Of a stretch of 64,000 nucleotides of DNA, positions 1 to 9,618 are shown piece after piece (position 1 is the stretch's first letter; every line of letters begins with the position of its first letter). The notes beneath the pieces were generated by a model, which worked only from the letters and a program-made list of their open reading frames with translations, searched no databases and was not told the DNA's origin. Origin of the DNA: a virus. Location: positions 32,001 through 96,000 of IMG/VR virus record IMGVR_UViG_3300040801_002923, one strand, 5' to 3'. A program made the translations under genes and the position numbers.

Positions 1-54
1 GATTCGCATGAGCGCTACCTGCGCGCGATGGAGGTAGTTCATGCGAAGCCTTGA
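1..54 (+). CDS. 3' end of a hypothetical protein (partial), ends ...ERYLRAMEVVHAKP
   Basis: Frame 1 reads DSHERYLRAMEVVHAKP* to TGA at 52-54. It overlaps the next ORF and supplies its GGAGG SD. Confidence 0.6.
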   Translation, partial: DSHERYLRAMEVVHAKP

Positions 55-244
55 GGAGCTCGGTCAGCTCGAAAGTATGGACCAAATGACTGACGAAGAG
101 CGCGCTTGGGCTGAACAAGAAACACGCGAGTGGTTCGCAGCGATTGGGAAGCTATTCAATAACGATGAGCGCTCTCGATCAATCGATCTCTCGCCTAAAG
201 CGTTCGTGAAACACATAAGGACGAAAAATGAACAGCGAAGTTAA
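41..244 (+). CDS. hypothetical protein
   Basis: ORF with GGAGG SD, overlapping both neighbours. Confidence 0.7.
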   Translation: MRSLEELGQLESMDQMTDEERAWAEQETREWFAAIGKLFNNDERSRSIDLSPKAFVKHIRTKNEQRS

Positions 245-515
245 AAAGCTACCGAACGGTGACTTTGAAGTAGTGAACCCCATAAGCAAGATGAGTGATC
301 TGAGGTATTTTCAGTACAGGGTACAGAACGCCGCTGATCGTACATCTCGCGCGAAAGCTAAAAAGCAACAAGCACTGATGCAGGATGCCATCGAACTCTA
401 CCGCATCGCACGTCTTCCGGAAACAAATCCGTTTCTTGAGGAGCTCAAGCGAGCCGACCGCGCAATTGCTAACGAGCGCTATGAGCGCGCAATGATGGTG
501 GTGGACCGTGTCTGA
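228..515 (+). CDS. hypothetical protein with C-terminal ERYERAMMVV motif
   Basis: AGGA SD, coupled to neighbours. Confidence 0.75.
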   Translation: MNSEVKKLPNGDFEVVNPISKMSDLRYFQYRVQNAADRTSRAKAKKQQALMQDAIELYRIARLPETNPFLEELKRADRAIANERYERAMMVVDRV

Positions 516-795
516 AGATAACTGGGTCGATCCCAGCCTCGCCGAGGACTATATGTCAGCGCTGATCGCTGAGGTCAACAAATCTCGCAACGAGCAGCAC
601 ACCATCGATACAGGACGAGTCGAGATCGTAAAGTCCCTGGCCGATGCTCTGGCTGACGAAATCAGCAAACTTACAACGTTCGAGCTCACAGCTGTCACGA
701 AGAGCGATTGCTTCGCGGCGGTCATGCTCGCACACTCAGAACTTCATCGACGATTCGAGGAAGCCACAAATGTACTATACATCGGGAACGACTGA
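508..795 (+). CDS. hypothetical protein
   Basis: GTG start overlapping the upstream stop, GGTGG SD. Confidence 0.7.
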   Translation: MSEDNWVDPSLAEDYMSALIAEVNKSRNEQHTIDTGRVEIVKSLADALADEISKLTTFELTAVTKSDCFAAVMLAHSELHRRFEEATNVLYIGND

Positions 796-872
796 CCCAT
801 ATAAACGGAAAAATAAAAAGGGCGGAGATTGGGGTGACTTCGAGTCAAGTCTAATCGCCGAAGAGATCAACA

Positions 873-1493
873 ATGCCAAGCAGAAGCAAGACGAAAGGAA
901 ACAAGTTCGAGAACGACATCGTTAAGGCGTTCAACGACCTACACGAGACCGAAGAGTTTCGTCGCACACCAAACTCCGGTGCAATGATGGGACGCTCGAA
1001 TGCAGCGAAGTACGCAGGCCTCTCTGAGGGTGTGCAGCGCACACTGAGCTCGGACATCATCACGCCCGAATGGTATCCTTTCGCTATTGAGTGCAAGCAT
1101 TACGGCGACAAACCCAACTACGCCGCGATCATCAAAGAGAATGATACGAAACTAGATCATTGGTTAGCTGAAGCTGTTTTTGATGCTGTCAATCAAGACT
1201 TGCATCCGATGCTTTGCTTCAAGACTGACCGAAAAGGAGCTCACGTTGCAATCCCTCAGTACTGGATTAGCGAGCTTCAGATTTATCCGACGTACTATCT
1301 TCAATACGCCAACTCGTTCACAATCATGGGGCTCGAGCAATGGTTGCGCTTCGGTCCTTCGATGATCGAAGAGTCTGGTTATCGTGAGCAAACGCAGCTA
1401 AACAAGCTGACGTGGAAACGACTAGAAGAACTGCGAATGGGGTTCACCGACGTGCATAACGTTGCGGTGATGCTCCAACAACTAGAGAAGTAA
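873..1493 (+). CDS. Holliday junction resolvase (Hjc-like PD-(D/E)xK nuclease)
   Basis: SKTKGNKFE...FRRTPNSGA...SDII...IECK motif order, typical of phage/archaeal-type resolvases. Confidence 0.8.
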   Translation: MPSRSKTKGNKFENDIVKAFNDLHETEEFRRTPNSGAMMGRSNAAKYAGLSEGVQRTLSSDIITPEWYPFAIECKHYGDKPNYAAIIKENDTKLDHWLAEAVFDAVNQDLHPMLCFKTDRKGAHVAIPQYWISELQIYPTYYLQYANSFTIMGLEQWLRFGPSMIEESGYREQTQLNKLTWKRLEELRMGFTDVHNVAVMLQQLEK

Positions 1494-1860
1494 TACGGAC
1501 CGACTCCCCGGCTATTCAATTAGCGGGGTTGCGAAACTGGGTAGCGCCAGATAGGGCAGTGATGTCCTGGGATCCGTGAGCCTTGAAGCTGCTCGAAAGG
1601 TAACGCGTAAACCGCCCACACTACGAGGTGATGCCTGTAGTTCCATAGTAGTTGTGTGGGAAGCCAAAGGGTGACCGTTTCCTTCAGTACTCGAAGTGTG
1701 TCTGTAAAATAGGGTTTTAATGCGGTACCTCACCGTTAAAGTTTCCCGGTTCTCTGAACCAAAAACTGGGGGGAATTAGAACTGTGTCTGTATTAAGCAA
1801 ATTTTGAAAGACATCCGGATATGCGTATCAAGTGAACGAAGTGAACTGGTACGCATATCG
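1494..1860. ncRNA. putative large structured non-coding element (ncRNA or replication origin)
   Basis: ~370-nt gap without a credible ORF, containing at least 8 complementary helices, several with G-U pairs. Confidence 0.5.
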
Positions 1861-1871
1861 CGAAGCTACTG

Positions 1872-1901
1872 TTGCTTTGTCCACCCGATTGGCGTTATAA
1901 T
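1872..1901 (+). promoter_or_regulatory. sigma70-like promoter; probably leaderless helicase mRNA
   Basis: TTGCTT-18 nt-TATAAT, ATG at 1908 six nt after the -10 box, no SD. Confidence 0.6.
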
Positions 1902-1907
1902 CTCTCT

Positions 1908-3518
1908 ATGTCTGATATCCTCTCGTACTGGCCTATGCCAGAATTTACCCCTCGTCCTAACCAGGTTCGTGCACTCGAATGGCTGGCGGAGAACCATGAC
2001 AAGAAATACTTGTTTCTCCAAGCACCGGTTGGTGCAGGTAAATCCCTAATTGGTACCACATACGCTGCCTATCTGCAGGCACAGGCTGGAACCAATCACG
2101 GTAGCTTTATCCTGACACCACAACGGATTCTGCAAGAGCAATATGAGAAGACGTTTGAACGACACTTCGCCGCATCCCTTTACGGTAAAGGGAACTACCC
2201 TTGCAGCAAGGTGAAGTCGACATGTGATGTTGGATCCGTATTGGACAAAGCATGCCCTTCATGTCCGTACAAGCTGGCTAGGGAACAAGCGAAAGCATCA
2301 CAGAACGTCATTCTCAATTACAAGATTGCATTGTTGATGTTCCATTACACAGACGTATGGAAGCCACGCCCTCTCTGTGTACTCGATGAATGCCACACCG
2401 TCGAAGAGTACCTCACCGAGCTAGATGCAGCTGACATTAACCAACACCGTGCAGAGAAATATGGTGTTAAGTGGGCACCACAGACAGATATGCTCGAAGC
2501 AATGGCATGGGTCAAATCGGAATACATTCCGAGAGCTCAGACGTACTACGATGAGCTGTACGGTGAAGTCCAACACCTAATCGAAGGGTATGGAGACGCA
2601 CCGTCAGCTACAGAGGCACGTAAGCTCAAAGAGCTTGGCAGTCTTGGTGAACACCTCGACAACATGCGCGGTATTGTGTATCTCAGTCCGGAAGCTGTCA
2701 AGGACACTTTCGTCATGGTGGCCGACAAGGTATCATTGAAATTCAAACGCATCCACGGCGGCCCTACTTTCCACCAGATCCTAGCACCACAGGCAGATAA
2801 GTTCTTGTTCATGTCGTCGACGATCCTCAACTACAGAGGGTTCTGTAACGATTTGATGATTGACGAGGAGGATGCAGCTTATCTCGACCTCACATCTGAA
2901 TTCCCGGTGGAAAGTAGACCTGTATTCTACATGCCGCAGATGAAGATGAACGCTAAGTGGAAGGATCCCGAAAACGCAAACAACCGCAACAAGATGCTTA
3001 CGCAGATCATCGATCTGTGCAAGATGCACACTGACGAAGATGGTACTCCCCAAAACGGAATCATCCACAGTGGTAACTTCCAGATTGCACAGTGGCTGGT
3101 AGAAGGCCTTGAAGGGAACATTCCTCAGAGAATCTGGCACCATAACCCGGGTAGTGACTTCGATCGGAATGACATCATTAATGGCTTCCAGCGCGCTAGC
3201 GAGCCTTCGCTTCTAATATCGCCGTCCATCACGGAAGGCCTCGACTTGAAGCATGACCTAGCTCGATTTGCTATCTTCGTTAAGATTCCGTTTGGATTCC
3301 TAGGAGATCAGTGGATCAAGAGACGGCTCGAGATGTCACAAGAGTGGTATCAGCGACGGGCACTGATTGATGTTATTCAGGGCGCAGGCCGTGTGGTGCG
3401 CGCCGATGACGACTGGGGGCAGACGTTCATCCTCGACGCATCGTGGGGTTATCTATATCGCTCGACGTCGAAGTACATCCCCGACTGGTGGAAGGATGCA
3501 TATCTCGTTCAAGGCTAA
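1908..3518 (+). CDS. DinG/Rad3(XPD)-family SF2 helicase
   Basis: PRPNQ Q-motif, APVGAGKS Walker A, GKGNYPC and CxxCPY Fe-S-type cysteines, DECH, EGLDL, QGAGRVVR. Start moved from TTG 1872 to ATG 1908. Confidence 0.88.
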   Translation: MSDILSYWPMPEFTPRPNQVRALEWLAENHDKKYLFLQAPVGAGKSLIGTTYAAYLQAQAGTNHGSFILTPQRILQEQYEKTFERHFAASLYGKGNYPCSKVKSTCDVGSVLDKACPSCPYKLAREQAKASQNVILNYKIALLMFHYTDVWKPRPLCVLDECHTVEEYLTELDAADINQHRAEKYGVKWAPQTDMLEAMAWVKSEYIPRAQTYYDELYGEVQHLIEGYGDAPSATEARKLKELGSLGEHLDNMRGIVYLSPEAVKDTFVMVADKVSLKFKRIHGGPTFHQILAPQADKFLFMSSTILNYRGFCNDLMIDEEDAAYLDLTSEFPVESRPVFYMPQMKMNAKWKDPENANNRNKMLTQIIDLCKMHTDEDGTPQNGIIHSGNFQIAQWLVEGLEGNIPQRIWHHNPGSDFDRNDIINGFQRASEPSLLISPSITEGLDLKHDLARFAIFVKIPFGFLGDQWIKRRLEMSQEWYQRRALIDVIQGAGRVVRADDDWGQTFILDASWGYLYRSTSKYIPDWWKDAYLVQG

Positions 3519-3760
3519 CGCTTCTTGTTGACCTGTTGAACAGCCTTCTTTTCAGCCTCGTAGTGACGCTCGAGGAAGCGTGTGATAATATCGCGCTCGG
3601 CAGGACACAGGTCCAACGCTTCCTCGTACGTCAGACCACCTTTCATGTGAAATGCTAGCTCGACGGCTGAATTCAACATCGCCTCAGCCTCGCGCTGCAT
3701 GTCTTCCACTGCTTTCCTGAAGGCTTGTGGGTCGCCTGACTTCAGGATTACGTAAAAAAC
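3515..3760 (-). CDS. gp51-like baseplate/tail assembly chaperone C-terminal module (probably expressed by -1 frameshift from the upstream gene)
   Basis: LAFHMKGGLTYEEALDLCPAERDII..FL resembles gp51/tail-chaperone C-terminal modules. It overlaps the gp26-like stop in the -1 frame. Confidence 0.6.
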   Translation of the reverse strand, partial: VFYVILKSGDPQAFRKAVEDMQREAEAMLNSAVELAFHMKGGLTYEEALDLCPAERDIITRFLERHYEAEKKAVQQVNKKR

Positions 3761-4521
3761 GTGATTGGGTTCGTAGGAACGTCGATTTGCCACTCAGTAC
3801 CGCAGTCGGGGCATTCAACGGCTTTCTTCGGCATCATACCCCAGTCGCTGAGATCAATCATTTGATCAGCGAGAAGCGTGATCCAGCCGGCTGGAATCTC
3901 CGATACCCACTCTTCAATCATCTCGCGATCGTCGACGTCGTCGACCTTGAGAATCATGCTAGCAACGTTGCGAATCACAATTGTAGCTGCTTCTTCGTTT
4001 GTCATCTCTGAGAAGTCATCACGCGCCTGGAACATCGCCACAACGTCTCGATACTTCGGTGGACGCATCTCTACGACCTGCTCGTTCGGAAGATTGACGA
4101 TGAACTTCTTGGTTGGGTCCATCTCTTTTGTTGCACGAAGAATCTCACGAGGATGAATCAGGTACTTGTGTGGTTCTGCGTTCTCGCAGTCGTGGGTGAT
4201 CGTCAGCTCCATGTTCTCCCCGTACGACACCAGTCTCAAGCACATCAGTAGATAGTCGACGTCCTTCGATAGAAGATCCATTGGCTTTTCAATCTGAGGG
4301 ATTCGTCTACGAAAGACCTCTTCCACTGCTTTACCTGTGTACAGCTTATCTGGGGACTTCATCACAAGCTCATCAATCGTTGTGATTGGTGTCACTTGTA
4401 CCTCGCCGTCGACGACGTCTTCACTAAGCTCACCGTTGGTGTAGTACTTTCCGCGCGAAGGTAGTCGAAACGTTTCGCCGGGGATTTTTATCCGGCCAAG
4501 CAAAGGGTTTACGTTGTTCAT
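3748..4521 (-). CDS. gp26-like baseplate hub assembly protein
   Basis: LPSRGKYY, DVDYLLMCLRLVSYGE, two Cys/His pairs (HDCENAEPH, CPDCG) and terminal FF. GGAG SD before ATG 4521. Confidence 0.8.
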   Translation of the reverse strand: MNNVNPLLGRIKIPGETFRLPSRGKYYTNGELSEDVVDGEVQVTPITTIDELVMKSPDKLYTGKAVEEVFRRRIPQIEKPMDLLSKDVDYLLMCLRLVSYGENMELTITHDCENAEPHKYLIHPREILRATKEMDPTKKFIVNLPNEQVVEMRPPKYRDVVAMFQARDDFSEMTNEEAATIVIRNVASMILKVDDVDDREMIEEWVSEIPAGWITLLADQMIDLSDWGMMPKKAVECPDCGTEWQIDVPTNPITFFT

Positions 4522-4546
4522 ATGATTCTCCATGATGATCGCGAAC

Positions 4547-4614
4547 TATTTAGAAACTAACCTAAACCGGGAGGTTCACTGGGCCCCATCGCGCGAGGAA
4601 CCACAGAGTAAATA
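4547..4614. promoter_or_regulatory. divergent pair of T4-late-type promoters
   Basis: TATTTA at 4547-4552 (TAAATA on the minus strand) and TAAATA at 4609-4614. Confidence 0.7.
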
Positions 4615-4638
4615 CATCGTCCGCGCGGATAGAGAGCT

Positions 4639-6849
4639 ATGGCTGAAAATATCGACTACGTAAAGATTGGCAGAGAGATTGTACGGGGCATGCAAGAAGC
4701 GGGCCTCGGCTCCTCATTTGGCAATTCTTTTTCTCCTGCCAATCCAACCGCATCTGGTGGTAGCGATGGCGTACAGGAGATGTCAGATAAAGCAGCCATC
4801 GCAGCATCTCGAATGGAGAAGTTCGAAAAGGCTGTCGCCGGCACGCAGACGGGGCTTACGCGTGCAGAACGAGCACAGATTAAGCGCTATAGAGACCTTG
4901 AACTGGAACAGCGCCGTGCTGCTGCTACAATGCAGAACGCACGCAAGATATCTATGCAGTACCAAGAGGGTACTGAGGAAGGAATTAAAGCCCAACAGAG
5001 GTATCTCGACACGCAACGCGAGCTCGAAAAGGCTACTGAAAACTTAGCACACGCGACCAACGAATTTATCGATCTCCAGGAGAAAGCAAACGATCAGCAA
5101 CGCCGAGAGTTGTTCCCGACGTTTGGTAAGTTTGGTACTCTTCTCAAAAAGAACGCTGCGGCACTTGGAATGCTTGCCGTCAGTATCGGCACCGTTCTGA
5201 CTGAAGCGCTTGCAAAAGATGTAGTGCAACAGCTGAAAGCCGGATCGCAGCTAGCAGCGCTGGAGATGCAAGGGTTTAGTACTGTTCTTGGTATCTCTAC
5301 CGAAGAGATGCTGCAACTCGAAACCGCAAACCGTCAAGCAATCAACGCAATGGGTGGTTCGAGTGTCGTGTTCGGAGATCTCCGCTCGGAGATCATGTCC
5401 ACGATCCCCAACATCAACGGCCTTGCGAGAACTGTAGGTGGAATCGATGAAGCGTTCAAGTTCGTCGTCAACAGTACGGGTGACCTTGCGAAAGCTGGTA
5501 TCTCTGGTGATCAGGCTATTGGAAACTTCACAGCTCAGATGGATGAGTTCCGAACAATTTTTGGAACATCTCCGGAGCAATTCAGAGAGCTAAACAATCA
5601 GCTAGCACAAAACGTTGACATCAGACAATCGCTGCGCGGTCTTGACCGCGACGAACGTCGCCGCCGCATGGAATCGCTTCGTCTGCAGATCCAGCTGAAC
5701 GGCGCCATGGGTATGACTGCCGAACAGGCGGTCGCAGCTGCAACAAGACTGCAAGAACTTGCGGGCGGTAGCGCTAAGGATCGTATCGGGCAAGCAGCTC
5801 GACTACAGACAATGGCCGCCGCGTTTGGTATTCAAGGCGGAGCTGAAGCCGCCTCCGCTCTAAGAGCGGGTCGCCGAGCTTCGCCTGAGCAACAACGTAT
5901 CCTACAACAAGTACTCGACCAGCTATCACAAACAGGGGCGAGATTAGAGACAGGCGGCTCAATCGGTCAAGAGATACTATTTCAACAGATGGCTGAGTCG
6001 CTCAACCTGACAGATCTTGTTGGGAAAGGTTCCGACTTTAACAGCGCACTAACGGACGCGTCGCGTGTTCAGCAAGATGCGAATCTCACTGAAATGGAAC
6101 GTCGTGATATTCTTCTCAAGACCAACAGTGAGTTCTCAACACTGAACAATAACGCAAAAAAGTTGAGTGAGCGCGCGGGTGCTGCCGCAGTCGCCATTGA
6201 TGGTCTTTCAAACTCTTTAAGTGAGAAGTTTGGACAAATTCTAAGATCATCGGCGGGTCAAATATTTGGAGCCTTGGGAGGAGCGGCCATCCTTAGAGGC
6301 GGTCTTCGCGGTCTACCAGCAGCGGCGGGAGCAGCAGGAGCTCAGGGTGCAGGTGCCGCGGGCGCCGCTGCAGCGGGAGCTCGGGGTGCAGGTGCCGCGG
6401 GAAGATTAGCAGGCGCGGGGTCTCGATTGCTCGGCGCAGGCATGGGAGCTCTTCGATTTGCAGGCCCAATAGGTCTAGCGGCGGGGGCTCTGTATGGTGG
6501 ATACAATCTCTACAAGGATTGGGACAACATCGATAGCTTTGGTGACGGTGTGAAATCATTCTTTGGCTTCGGACCGGATGGAGACAATCTATCGGATGCA
6601 GCTTCAGTACCTACATTCCAGCCAATGTTTGCTGGTATGGAAATGATGGAAACCAATATTCCAATCATTACAGAGAACCTCACCAACCAAACATCACTAG
6701 CAGAAGCTGGCCTCGCTGTAATGCGCGAGCAGCGCGATCTTCTTCAGCAACTGGTTGAAATCCAGCGTAGTCTTCAAACAGCAGGACCAACGCCAACTGC
6801 GTCTGTAGACACGCCGCCCGCCAGTGGGGTGTATCCATTGTTCGCCTAA
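4639..6849 (+). CDS. tape measure / baseplate hub protein (gp29-like)
   Basis: 736 aa, helical, Ala/Gly/Gln-rich, with hydrophobic G-rich segments. Lies next to the gp26/gp51-like genes behind a late promoter. Confidence 0.65.
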   Translation: MAENIDYVKIGREIVRGMQEAGLGSSFGNSFSPANPTASGGSDGVQEMSDKAAIAASRMEKFEKAVAGTQTGLTRAERAQIKRYRDLELEQRRAAATMQNARKISMQYQEGTEEGIKAQQRYLDTQRELEKATENLAHATNEFIDLQEKANDQQRRELFPTFGKFGTLLKKNAAALGMLAVSIGTVLTEALAKDVVQQLKAGSQLAALEMQGFSTVLGISTEEMLQLETANRQAINAMGGSSVVFGDLRSEIMSTIPNINGLARTVGGIDEAFKFVVNSTGDLAKAGISGDQAIGNFTAQMDEFRTIFGTSPEQFRELNNQLAQNVDIRQSLRGLDRDERRRRMESLRLQIQLNGAMGMTAEQAVAAATRLQELAGGSAKDRIGQAARLQTMAAAFGIQGGAEAASALRAGRRASPEQQRILQQVLDQLSQTGARLETGGSIGQEILFQQMAESLNLTDLVGKGSDFNSALTDASRVQQDANLTEMERRDILLKTNSEFSTLNNNAKKLSERAGAAAVAIDGLSNSLSEKFGQILRSSAGQIFGALGGAAILRGGLRGLPAAAGAAGAQGAGAAGAAAAGARGAGAAGRLAGAGSRLLGAGMGALRFAGPIGLAAGALYGGYNLYKDWDNIDSFGDGVKSFFGFGPDGDNLSDAASVPTFQPMFAGMEMMETNIPIITENLTNQTSLAEAGLAVMREQRDLLQQLVEIQRSLQTAGPTPTASVDTPPASGVYPLFA
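6337..6401 (+). repeat. 39-bp-period direct repeat in the tape measure gene
   Basis: GGAGCTC(A/G)GGGTGCAGGTGCCGCGGG at 6337 and 6376. Confidence 0.8.
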
Positions 6850-6911
6850 TCCGGGGGAGCTGGTTCTGGTACGTCAATAAATAGAATTTAGACGTATATG
6901 GATCACTTTAC

Positions 6912-8570
6912 ATGGCTGATACACCAAAATTCAAGGGGTTCTACAAAGTAGTACAACCCTCTCCGGAGACTGCTAGACTCACCGACAGTCAATCCCTATC
7001 GGATGCTGGCATCTATGGTAACTACTCTTGGTACCAGAGACTAATCCAGGGATCCGGCTCTCGGATCACGCGATACCGTGAGTATGACCTCATGGATAAT
7101 GACGTTGACGTCTCGCGAGCTCTCGACACGATCGCCGAAGAGATATGCGGTAACGACGAGTACACCGACGAACCGCTGATCGTGAACGTTGTCGCTGAAG
7201 ATGACTCGATGATATCTGATACGGAAGTGTTTACACTCCGCACAGCTCTTCGATCTTGGATCGATCTACACAATCTGCGTACACGCCTGTTCAATATCGT
7301 GCGCATGACTATCAAGTATGGAGATGTATTTTTCCGTAAGCGCAAAGAGCACGGTGGTTGGGAATTCATTCATCCTAAGCACGTTGTTGGTGCCATCGTA
7401 GATCGCGAAGATATCACAAAGATTGTCGCGTGGCAGGTGCGTACGCAAATCAAGCACGCTAAGCAGACGTACGGCGTTGCTTTGACCTCTAGCAATGCAC
7501 AAGACGCTACAGAAATCATTCCTGTAAACGAAATCGTTCGGTTCTCGCTAAACGACGACATGTCCGATACCGCTCCTTTCGGTGAGTCGGTGCTCCGCCC
7601 TGTGTACCGCTCTCACAAGCAAAAGGAACTGCTCGAAGATTCTGTCGTCATCTATCGCATCCAACGTGCGCCCGAGCGCCGTGTATTTTACATCGATGTT
7701 GGTAAGATGCCACCGCAACGTACCAAGCAGTATCTCGAGCAGATTAAGAACGAGATCAAGCAGAAGAAGGTGCCAACGTTTAACGGTGGAACTAGCGAGG
7801 TTGACTCCGTGTATAACCCGCAGTCCATGTCTGAAGACTTCTTCTTCGCTCAGCGCGCAGACGGCCGCGGTTCCCGCGTAGATACGCTTCCTGGTGGAGC
7901 TGGTCTTGGCGAACTATCGGACCTCGAGTACTTTATGGACAAAGTACTCCGTGGTCTTCGTATTCCTTTGTCGTACATGTACCAGGATCAAGATCAACCA
8001 GGCGGTATCTTTAATGATGGTAGAACTGGTGTCGCTTACATTCAGGAGCTTCGCTTTGCCCTGTATGTTGAGCGTCTCCAGCGCTTCTTCGAAACAGTTC
8101 TTGACGTTGAGTTCAAGAAGTATCTGCGATTCTGTGGAATCATCATTAAAGATGAAGACTGGGAAGTCAAGCTACCCGCACCGCAGAACTTCGGTAAGTA
8201 TCGCCAGCAAGAGCTCGACGCCGCCCTACTCAACGGCTTTGCGCAGGCAGATCAGATTCCTTATCTGTCGAAGCGCTTTATCATGGAACGCTACCTGCAG
8301 CTTGAGGATGAGGAAATCATTCGCAACGAGCAGCTTCTCCGTGAAGAGAAAAATCTACCACCGGACGAGAAGAATCTTGATCCAGATCTTCAGCAGCTTT
8401 ACCGCCCCGAAGACGCAGCGATGGGTATGGAAGGTGACATGGGCGGTGGAGATCTCAGCGGGATGACAGCTGGAACACTTGGTGCTGACGACCCACTAGG
8501 TGGCGGTGACGCTGCGGGAGATGCCGACGGTGATACAGGTGCCGATGCAGCAGCAACCGCCGAAACATAA
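6912..8570 (+). CDS. gp20: portal vertex protein
   Basis: LLEDSVVIYRIQRAPERRVFYIDVGKMP, MSEDFFF, VDTLPGG and ELRFA are T4 gp20 signatures. TAAATA at 6878. Confidence 0.96.
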   Translation: MADTPKFKGFYKVVQPSPETARLTDSQSLSDAGIYGNYSWYQRLIQGSGSRITRYREYDLMDNDVDVSRALDTIAEEICGNDEYTDEPLIVNVVAEDDSMISDTEVFTLRTALRSWIDLHNLRTRLFNIVRMTIKYGDVFFRKRKEHGGWEFIHPKHVVGAIVDREDITKIVAWQVRTQIKHAKQTYGVALTSSNAQDATEIIPVNEIVRFSLNDDMSDTAPFGESVLRPVYRSHKQKELLEDSVVIYRIQRAPERRVFYIDVGKMPPQRTKQYLEQIKNEIKQKKVPTFNGGTSEVDSVYNPQSMSEDFFFAQRADGRGSRVDTLPGGAGLGELSDLEYFMDKVLRGLRIPLSYMYQDQDQPGGIFNDGRTGVAYIQELRFALYVERLQRFFETVLDVEFKKYLRFCGIIIKDEDWEVKLPAPQNFGKYRQQELDAALLNGFAQADQIPYLSKRFIMERYLQLEDEEIIRNEQLLREEKNLPPDEKNLDPDLQQLYRPEDAAMGMEGDMGGGDLSGMTAGTLGADDPLGGGDAAGDADGDTGADAAATAET

Positions 8571-8609
8571 CAGACTATATACATAGCCCCATAAATAGAA
8601 GGAGAAACC

Positions 8610-8774
8610 ATGTCAGATCGTACAGAAGAACTCAAGCAGTTCCTTGATAACATGATCGACGGCAACGCTGAACAGGCTGAAGTGCATCTGCACTCATATG
8701 TTGCAGACAAGATGCGGTCTATTGTTAAACCGCCTGTCGAGCCTGATCAGGAAGCTAACACAGACGACGAATAA
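8610..8774 (+). CDS. small acidic prohead core protein (gp67-like position); missing from the ORF track
   Basis: 54 aa MSDRTEELKQFLDNMIDG...ANTDDE. AAGGAG SD, TAAATA at 8592, located between portal and protease. Confidence 0.75.
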   Translation: MSDRTEELKQFLDNMIDGNAEQAEVHLHSYVADKMRSIVKPPVEPDQEANTDDE

Positions 8775-8784
8775 CGGAGGCAGT

Positions 8785-9426
8785 ATGAGCGGCGACATTG
8801 TTCTACTCGAAGAAGAGCTGAGCCCAGCAACGGCAAACCTGATTGAAGAATCATCTCGCGACGGTAAGAACGTCTGGCTGAGTGGTGTCTACATGCAGGC
8901 TGAGCTCAAGAATCGCAATGGCCGCGTTTACCCGCTCCAAGAAATTGCAAACGCCGTAAATGTAGCGAACGAACGCATCAAAGATTCCAATGGGATCCTG
9001 GGTGAGCTTGATCACCCACAGACACTCACAATTAACCTGGATCGTGTGTCCCACGTGATCACCGAGATGCGCATGGAAGGAAACAACGCATATGGTAAGG
9101 CGCGCCTGATGGACACCCCAATGGGTAACATCGCTCGTGAGCTTGTCAATGCAGGTGTTCGTCTTGGTGTTTCCAGCCGCGGAGCTGGATCGGTAGGGAC
9201 AGATGGCGGTGTTCAAAGCTTCCAGTTTGTCACTGTTGACATCGTTGCCCAACCATCGGCTCCGGGTGCCGTTCCTGACAGCATTTACGAATCTCTGATG
9301 CATAATCGCCACGGAGCTGAAGCTGTTTCACTAGCTGAGCAAGTGCGTCATGACCCCGCTGCTCAGAAGTATTTCAAACGCGAATTTCAAAGATTTCTCT
9401 CCGAGAATCTGTTCGTTAAGAAGTAA
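8785..9426 (+). CDS. gp21: prohead protease
   Basis: KNRNGRVYP, LGELDHP, TPMGNI, LGVSSRGAGS, DIVAQPSAPGA. GGAGG SD before ATG 8785. Confidence 0.96.
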   Translation: MSGDIVLLEEELSPATANLIEESSRDGKNVWLSGVYMQAELKNRNGRVYPLQEIANAVNVANERIKDSNGILGELDHPQTLTINLDRVSHVITEMRMEGNNAYGKARLMDTPMGNIARELVNAGVRLGVSSRGAGSVGTDGGVQSFQFVTVDIVAQPSAPGAVPDSIYESLMHNRHGAEAVSLAEQVRHDPAAQKYFKREFQRFLSENLFVKK

Positions 9427-9540
9427 CGGTTCATAAAAAGTCCAAAAATTATGTAAAAGGACATCGATGTGTAACCCCGCATAAACTGCGGGGGCCCACT
9501 CACACCGCTCTAAAAGTGTCCCGCATCAATCAAACCACCA

Positions 9541-9548
9541 TATAAATA
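9541..9548 (+). promoter_or_regulatory. T4 late promoter consensus
   Basis: Exact TATAAATA upstream of the scaffold and capsid genes. Also exact at 12120, 13588, 31966 and 31271-31278 (minus). Confidence 0.85.
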
Positions 9549-9618
9549 TCTTTATCGGGTAATACCGAGTTTTGGCGTACCCGTAAACACAAACGTGAGC
9601 ATTAAGGAGAAATCACCA

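Noticed and set aside
1494-1860. tmRNA, RNase P RNA, tRNA or group I/II intron identity; ORF 1512-1733 (-)
   Set aside because: No tRNA-like ends or TPsiC loop, no RNase P GGAAAGUC-type core, no interrupted gene. The ORF has no recognisable features.
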